Source of the DNA: Catajapyx aquilonaris
Taxonomy: Eukaryota
Length of the DNA stretch: 53,533 nt
Assembly: GCA_000934665.2 (NCBI GenBank)
Contig: KZ538768.1
Location: forward strand, 124,001 to 177,533
Direction: 5' to 3'
A program made the translations under genes and the position numbers. The notes beneath the pieces were generated by a model. That model made no database searches, was not told where the DNA came from, and saw only the letters and a list, made by a program, of their open reading frames with translations. Positions 45,703 to 53,533 of the stretch are shown here, in pieces. Numbering within the stretch: the stretch's first letter is position 1; each line of letters starts with the position of its first letter.

Positions 45703-47689
45703 CCTAGTCAGAAGACCTTCCCGCCCCCCTTTTCCTTTTTTTCCTTTTTTCCCCCTTTTTTCATTTCTTTTCTTTTTTTCTTTTTTTGCATTAGCTGCAC
45801 AGGATTTTTAAGGGCATTCTACCTCATGCAGTGATTCGACAGTTGCCACTAGTGGTTTCACTAAAATAATCATGATCATGTGATTCCATACTGTTAGTTG
45901 TGCATTAGAAGGATGTTGTAAGAGAAAGACAATCAGAAGTTGGCATTTTGACTGCAAAATATTTAATGATATTTCAGATCATCACAATGAATGACGATTA
46001 TGGTACTTAACGCAATGGACGTGGCAAAAGTAAGGGCCACAATTTTTAAAGATTTTCGCTGTAGAGATGGAGTGACTGGAATATTCACGTGATACCTGAG
46101 AGCCAATAATCACTAGGTGTGTTTTGACCTGCAGTCACTAATCCTCCTGAAATCATCTTTCCTCAGGCATTAGGCTTGCCCTTTCAGAATCAGACTCAGG
46201 GCCCTGCTTGTCTATTCATCATTTAACTGCAGCATCCTTCATTTTATTGCCTGAGATTTTTGCCACCAATGAAATGCTTATTGGTAGCTTGTTGGTAGTC
46301 AACACATGTTAGTCAAAGGATGCCAGATCAATGCTGTAAGTGGAATGATTTATAACCTCCAGTACTGAACTCTGAATGTGTCTGACAGTTTCCCTGTAGG
46401 TGCGAGTTCTCATATTGTCATGCATTCATCATGTGCCATGTTTTATGCACATTACGGTGACAGTCAAAATGACAGTAAGGTGAAATATACATGCTCATAC
46501 AGTAATAATGCAGTGCTTAGCAATTAGCAAGGTTAGCTGGAATGTTAAACTAAGGAACCTTTTGCCATGTCCCTTGTGCATGTTTGTAACAACCAAATAT
46601 TTCTAAACCAGAGACTTCTGTGACTCCTTTCTCTAAGGTGATGACACTCTTCATATGTTCACTGTACCAATTACTGAAACCCCGAACCCCCGTACGTATT
46701 GGTGGCTGCGTCATAAATAATAATCATGCAGTCATGTTGTTAGAAAATCCATGTCCCACATGGCTGCCACACTTGAAAGTGAAGCAACAGAAGCAAGAGG
46801 AAATAAGTGTTTGATAATAATTTTACCAATGATACAGAGTCAGTTCTGAAACAAACTGGTCTAGACGATATTCCCTACCAATACGTACAAGTGAATATTC
46901 CATACCCACCCTTCATTTTCCATTGTGATTTTTTCTTTTTTTGTTTCTTTCCTTGTTTTTACTGCTGACCTAGCTCGCTTCCTCAAGACAAGTCCAAGCA
47001 CTTGTGGACAGCCAGCACAATAACACGTGCAGTAAACAAGGAGGTTTTTAAGTGCACAGTACCTGATAATTCTTTTTTATTATAACTTTTTAGATGTAAG
47101 TTTTAGTTGGAGAATTCTGAAGCATTCTCAGGGGATTCAAATTCAAAGGCTGGGCAATTCGAGTAATTGAACGTATACATTGGCAGTAATGACTACACAC
47201 CATTGCATTTCTAATGAGGCAAAAGCTGGTGCCTGCCACTTACCATACAGATGTATGGTAACCATGCCATGGGTGCAATAGTGTTACTTGCCTAATGATA
47301 ATTACCCTCCTCTTCCTGAGTAAAAATGCTAAATTTGGAGTACAAAATTTTATTACGTAATTTTTGTAATTGTAATCATGCAGTAAAGTACTGTGCCGTT
47401 AATTGCTGTGTATTTCATTTATGGTGACCCAAACACAAAATTTCCCTTCATACGAAGTAGGAGCCAAAAGTTTCAGGCCTGACCAGTAGGCGTATGGACC
47501 GAAAAACCAAAATTGCGCGCAATTGACCCGCGTGGTTGCCAGATGGTGCACATTAATTATCAGTTTGTAATTAGTCATGAAACACACTTTGCACAAATAA
47601 AGTGAGGGATAGTTAACGCTGTGCCGAATAATAAAATGTTAAAGTGTGTGTTGTTATAATTACGTCTGGCAACACTGTGGTACTCACGC

Positions 47690-47817
47690 ACATGAAAAAA
47701 AACCCCCGAGCAATGAGGAAAGATGGCGTCTCGTTGAAGTGGCGTGGTCGCACTTTTGTCACCTTCTGCCGGCCTATTTTAGTCTGCCTGCTGGTCGCCC
47801 ACTGTTAGCTGATCATC
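47690..47817 (+). promoter_or_regulatory. NOP56 promoter / 5' UTR
   Basis: CpG-rich segment directly 5' of the ATG; YY1/Pho-like AAGATGGCG 47720-47728. Confidence 0.5.
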
Positions 47818-49579
47818 ATGGTGAGTGTCCAGGGGGTCAGGAGACGCCCAACGAGCTCATTTAGTGCATGTGACCATTGTTCGGGGGAGATAATTATTAA
47901 TTAATTTTTTAAATATTCAGACCCAGACGTATGTGCTGTTCGAGCATGCGGCGGGGTACGCCTTGTTCCGGTTGAAGGAGTTTGAGGAGGCCGGAATGCT
48001 CCTGCCGCAGGTGGAGGAGTCCGTGACCAACTTGTCTCGGTTTAATGCGGTGGTCCAGCTGGTCAGCTTCAGTCCATTCAAGAGCGCACAGCACGCTCTG
48101 AACGGAATCAACGCGGCTTCGGAAGGCCTGATGACCGAGGAACTGCAGCTCTTCCTGGAGACAAATCTGCCCAAATCTGGCAAGAAGTCTGCCAAGTGCG
48201 TACTCGGAGTGGCCGACCCCAAACTGTCTGCCGCAATCGCTGAGGCCATGAATGTCAGCTGCCAACACACAGGAGTCATTCCGGAGGTTTTGAGGGGGAT
48301 CCGACTCCACTTTGCAAGCTTGGTGAAGGGCTTCACTGTGCAGAGTGCTGGGCAGGCCCAGCTGGGACTTGGGCACAGCTACTCCAGGGCAAAGGTCAAG
48401 TTTAACATCCACAGGTCGGACAACATGATCATTCAGAGCATTTGTCTGCTTGATCAGCTTGACAAGGACATCAACACATTCTCTATGAGGATCAGGTAAG
48501 TTCAATGATTCAAACTGCGGTTTTCATATGTATTGACTCTTGTTATGTTTTCCAGGGAGTGGTATTCCTACCACTTTCCAGAGCTGGTCAAGATAGTGCC
48601 GGATAATCAGATGTATGCAAGAGTGGTGCAGTTTGTCCGCAACAGGCAGGATCTTACCGAGGAGAGCGTGGAGCCTTTGGAGGAGCTGCTGAATGATTCG
48701 GCCAAGGCTCAAGCGGTTCTGGATGCTGCCAAGTCCTCGATGGGAATGGATATTTCTCCAATGGACCTTATCAACATTGAGAGGTTTGCCACCCGCGTGG
48801 TAGACCTGGCAGAGTACAGGACCAAACTGCATCAGTACCTTTCCGATCGAATGAATGGAGTTGCTCCCAACCTGTCGGTACTGATTGGAGAGCAGGTTGG
48901 CGCTAGGCTCATCTCGCATGCAGGTTCACTGACCAACTTGGCCAAGTTCCCAGCCTCAACTGTGCAGATCCTAGGTGCCGAGAAAGCACTCTTCAGGTGA
49001 GGTTTGAATAAGCCATGCTTGAATTTGTAGCAAGTGTACTGACCTAACATTTTGCTTTTCAGGGCTTTGAAATCTAAGGGAAACACCCCAAAGTACGGCC
49101 TTTTGTTCCACTCTACATTCATTGGGAAGGCAGCGGCCAAGAACAAAGGTCGAATATCCCGTTACTTGGCCAACAAGTGCTCCATAGCATCCAGAATCGA
49201 TTGCTTTTCCGACGTGCAGACCTCCATCTTTGGCGAGAAGCTGAAGGAGCAGGTGGAAGAGAGACTCAAGTTCTACGAGTCTGGTGACCTCCCAAGAAAG
49301 AACATAGAAGTCATGCAGGAGGCTATTACGGAAGTCACCTCTGCCATGGAGCTGTCCTTCACGGAACCGAAAAAGAAGGACAAGAAGAAGAAGAAGAAAA
49401 GGAAAGCGGCAGAAGCTGGACTGGACACCACGGTGGAGGAAGAAACCCCTATAAAGAAGAAGGCAAAGAAGGTCAGCGTAGGAGAAGTTGCTAATGGAGA
49501 TGCAGAAGACGAGGATGAAAGCCCAGTTAAATCAGGAAAGAAGAAGAAGAAGAAGAAAAAGGTGGCCCAGGATGAGTGA
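47818..49579 (+). CDS. NOP56: Nucleolar protein 56 (box C/D snoRNP core protein), 511 aa
   Basis: Exons 47818-47820(ATG), 47921-48495, 48556-48996, 49063-49579. [102 protein letters not shown], lysine-rich tail; [13 protein letters not shown] is NOP56- rather than NOP58-type. Confidence 0.97.
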
Positions 49580-50288
49580 TCCATCGTTGCGCATAGTTTC
49601 TGTATGACCATGGGACTCATTTGGGCATCCTTCTAATTAATCATGGTTTAAGCTAAGTTTATCTGATTTGGAATTTCTCATCAAATTAGTTTAGCTTCAT
49701 TGTGCGCCAAATTGAGGGATCTACTCGCAGGCAGTTTTAGCACTAGCCTTAGTTAGTCTAAAACCACCTGTGTGTAGACGTGTTTAATGATTTGGTGCCC
49801 AAAGGACTTGTTTCCAATCAAGGTGGTTTCGTATTTAGCAAACATCTGGCAATAGATTCCGGGGAATTATTTCGCAGTTTACAGAGAAACATCCCAGCCA
49901 GACATATGAGGGGAATAATTATTGCAAAATATTTTTTTGGCGTCTTTCAGACTATGAAGCCATATCCGTACCCAGGTTCAATTTTGTGCACTTTTTATCA
50001 TTTAAAGAATTTACCTTGCCTGAAACATTGTGAACTTTTTTCTTGTGATGGCACACTTGCATTGAAAAGGAACTTTCTGATCAAGTAGATATGGTTGGAG
50101 CTGATAGGTAGATAAGCCACACAGTATAATTTTCATCTTGGCGTTTTAAGCTGGGACCTCAGTTAATTTGCCGAAAGCAGATGAAGAAATGATCAGGAAT
50201 AAAACGAAGTGAAACAAAAGTTTCAGTAAGCGTGACATGACTTAAAAAATATAAGGCACTTATTTGTGTTGCCTGTTTTCATTCACTA

Positions 50289-50421
50289 AAGTGCGGAAAA
50301 CGAAATGCCGTCATAATTTTGTTGTCGTGCAACAATAGGCGTAAACAATGTTTTCTCTTGTTGACACTCTCCTATTGTTGTGTGACAACGACGTCAGATC
50401 GCCATTTGGTTTTCCGCGCAG
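50289..50421. mobile_element. Degenerate MITE related to 4185-4624
   Basis: gcggaaaac.aaatg ... gacgtcagatcgccatttggttttccgc. Confidence 0.5.
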
Positions 50422-50871
50422 TACAAGTGTGAACAATTATGGAAGGAAGATTGTACAGCTCTTACCTTATTCAATTTAATTTCAGGCTCATAATTTTTGA
50501 CTGTAAATTACAAAGTTATTGACCCACCCTCTTCACAGAAGAAGCAAAAATGCCATTCCTGTCCTTGTTCTGCTATTTTACTTGTATTCCTCAAGTTACA
50601 ATTATACAGTAAAATGATATATGAGTAGTTTATGTTGCACATCTCTATTTTTTATTTAAAATTACCATGAAGTGATATCACAGGTGCACCGTTGTGCATT
50701 ATGCATTATTCCCAGTGTGATCATTTGTATTACAGCCTAACTATCAGGGCAACAGCCATGTAAGTGGACTTGCTCTTTTCCATAATCCATATAGGACAGA
50801 TGTCTTTTAAAAATTACTAATTGGTACCTGACATATAAAGATTAAAACTAAAAGCATATATGTGTGTGTAA

Positions 50872-51082
50872 AGGCCTGTATCCACGTACAAGATTTCTCG
50901 CATACGAGGAGCCAACTGTGCATGCCCAGATCTAAGGAACGAAGAAAAGTTAAAATTTTCAACTTTAATCCCCTTTTCGAGGGACGAGAGGGGCCCTGAG
51001 GCGACAAAGAGTCCATCTCAATGTACAAGATTTCTCGTGCAAGAGGACTTGCATACGAGGAGCTCGCACGTCTATACCGGGG
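50872..51082. mobile_element. Degenerate MITE
   Basis: ggcctgtatccacgt ... acgtctataccgg ends; internal gtacaagatttctcg repeat. Confidence 0.4.
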
Positions 51083-52085
51083 TTCAGACGAGCGCGCTCT
51101 AGCCTTCCCCTCCCAGCGAGTTGGCCTCCTCTCACAGCATGGCCAACGAGTTAGACTCTTCTTCCTCTTGCTGTGATGGGCACAAATATGGAGGTATCGG
51201 CATGAAACTTGAGTATCTGGTCTCGAAAGGATTGAATTTTCAGGTGTAGTGATCAGATATTTCTCCTGTGGCAATTTTTGCGGTAGCTGTGCATTTTTTT
51301 TCCTGTAGTTGAGACATTATCTTGTCCTCTCCTCTGTGGGAAATGAAAGTGTGGTATAATGTGACATGGCTTGAGATGCACCCGTATTCTCAGGAGTTGG
51401 ACAAGATGACCAGCGCTTCAAAACAGGAGCCATCTGCGGCCTTCTGTCATTGTTGGATGTTCCGGTCAGCCAGGAGATGGAGAGGACCAAGCACTTCACA
51501 TATGGAGGCCAAGGATGGTGCTAATGCTTGACCTATAATTAGGGACTGTAAATGATGACGTCTTATAAATATCCCATCCCCACGTTGCTTTTGAGAGAGT
51601 ACTCCATGAAGTATATCAGTTCGAGAGTAACATCCTGTGGTGATGGCGTACTGCGGACAGAATAATTTGGGAACATACGCAGTTTCTTATCATTTTTTGT
51701 TTGTTTTTGACGAGTGTGAGAGTCGATGCTCTTCATGTGTGGGAATGTATTATTTTCTTTTAGTGGACATGTCCCTTTTTAGGCCTTCTGAAGCAGGTAT
51801 AGGGTGGCCCGGGGTGGCCATTTCCAAATCTTCAGAAAGAAGGACACAGCTGGTAGGTATATCGTATAATTATATGCTTTATACAGTAGCCTACAATACA
51901 TTGTGTGACCCATGACCTCGGGTCACACCCTGACTAGCTCAGTAACGCAGGTTCAGTTGGAGAAAAGATAGACTGTGAGACTGGGAGAAAAGGGTGGAAG
52001 AAGTGGCGGGGAAAACTGGAAAAGCCGCGAAAATAATGGTTTCTGATAACATACTGTATAATGAATATGCCTTTTTTACTTGATA

Positions 52086-53437
52086 CTAGGAAAACCCTCG
52101 CTCCGCTCGTATTTTCCTAGGGCGCTGGCCTACAGTGCCCACCAGATTTTCAATCGCTTCGGACTTATATTGCCAGTGATGATGCCAATCACATCCACAC
52201 CCCCCACCCTCACCCTTTCCTCCGTGCATTCACATATATGTGATTCCCTATCCTGCGACCAATCTGCAATCCCACCTTTGCATTGGCTGGGAAATATGCA
52301 TTTTCCCACCTCAACATACCCATACCTTTGCAATTAAAAAAAAACAACAATTTATTATTGTATGAACAAAAATTCACAACCTCTACCGCCTCTATTCGCA
52401 TGCACTCGCACATGTATCTAAATCATATGCACGCTTTCCGACCATGTTTTTCTAACTGCTCATAACTTCCCTTTATCATAAACAGCCAATGGAACTTGGC
52501 AGTGTCTGTATTAGATCAGTGGTTCCCAACCTGGGGGTCGCGAAGCCGTCTCCGTGGGTGTCGAGGGTGGCCGCGATTATTTTAATAAATAAAAAATAAC
52601 TACAATTTTAAAAAAATATTACACGATCAAAAACTGGTTTAATTCTTCCCGACACTTTATTTTGACGTTCTCGGCCTATCCCCGGGTTCAGTGTTAAATA
52701 TCGCGGCTAATCCTGCAACTCTTCCCACTGGGGGATGCCAGTACTGCAGTCAGATGTGAGAGGACCGTAACTCATTATCCACTTCCCTTGCGGCGAGAAA
52801 AGAAAGCAAGTGTTACCGACAGCATCCAAGAGGTGGCGTTGGGGGAAGGGGGAAAAAAGGAACGGCTTCCCAACTCCACCTGTTGGGTGCTTTTGGTACC
52901 ACTGCTTTTTTTTCTCGTCGCAAGCGGCGCAAGGGGAAGTGAGCATTGAGTTACGGTCTTCTCCTATCTGACGGCAGCAGTAAGGACCTCGTTTAAAAAA
53001 CCGGAATTATTTTACTTTGTTCATAAACGGCCATGGAGTTTATATTGGCACCATTGATAAACAACAGATTCCGACCTTGGCCAAAATTCGATTCGGTTTG
53101 TTTACGGCACGTTCCATTCCCCCCTCCTCTCCCCCTCCCCTGTTGTGAGGTCACCGTGAAGACGTGCGGGCGGAGGAAGGTGGAAGGGTGGAGGGGTATT
53201 CACGGGAGAGGAGAATGATGCGTCCTCGTTGACGTCCAGCAAGCGACTGTGGCGTTCTTCCACCCATTGCGCATGCTCGGAACGGGGGCCAATCGGAGGC
53301 GTCGTGGTAACAATGCGCCATGGATACGACGCAGAAACAATGGACGGAGGGCCAATGGGAAGAGGTGGCGGCAACAATACGGGGGCGGACCAATCAGAGG
53401 GCTCGGTCAAACACCGCAAGCATTTTAATATTATAGA
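52086..53437 (-). mobile_element. Non-autonomous Helitron-like element
   Basis: Minus strand: host A|TCTATAATATTAAAATG ... GGAAAA-cgagcggagcgag-TTTTCC-overlapping CTAG|T host; no TSD. Confidence 0.6.
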
Positions 53438-53533
53438 TAACTGAAACACAAATTATCACATTCTTTTACTTATTAGCACACTAATAAGGCTAAAAAATGT
53501 TACCTAAATGAAATATTTTATGGTGATTGTTGA

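Noticed and set aside
48496..49062. Intronic snoRNAs in NOP56 introns 2 and 3
   Set aside because: Introns are 60 and 66 nt, too short; no RTGATGA/CTGA pair
47909..49620. Minus-strand ORFs (198, 139, 131, 115 aa) over NOP56
   Set aside because: Antisense shadows of a conserved coding sequence
50042..50085. Box C/D, K-turn or SECIS-like motif in the NOP56 3' UTR (GTGATGG..CTGA with cttg/caag)
   Set aside because: Box C is imperfect, the bulge spacing is non-canonical and there is no internal stem; likely chance
50807..51531. 155-aa minus-strand ORF and neighbours
   Set aside because: Runs through a MITE-like repeat; no recognisable protein

Overview
Eukaryotic (arthropod, probably insect) genomic DNA, TE-rich, with one 18-N assembly gap (26592-26609). 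Three + strand spliced protein-coding loci can be built by hand from GT-AG sites with consistent phases. (1) A 5'-truncated RRM + multi-Tudor gene, ~1430-19375, with 1275 aa visible. (2) A paralogous RRM + multi-Tudor gene, ~23390-45702, ~1838 aa if read as one transcript. (3) NOP56, 47818-49579, 511 aa, 4 coding exons. Most short ORFs in the track are exon fragments, antisense shadows or repeats. The main unexplained structure is that gene 2 is a recent, fully in-frame exon-shuffled chimera: [A-B-C] + [a copy of six gene-1 exons] + [A'-B'-C'] + unique 3' exons. The internal duplicated start exon has lost both its ATG and its splice donor, and the two half-RRM exons left without partner exons are decaying. 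Introns hold tRNA-derived SINEs, many MITEs (some nested three deep) and near-perfect kb-scale foldback elements, one carrying a tRNA-Met-like Pol III cassette in each arm. A Helitron-like element lies downstream of NOP56. No tools were used: gene models, family assignments and counts are manual and need RNA-seq/HMM confirmation.
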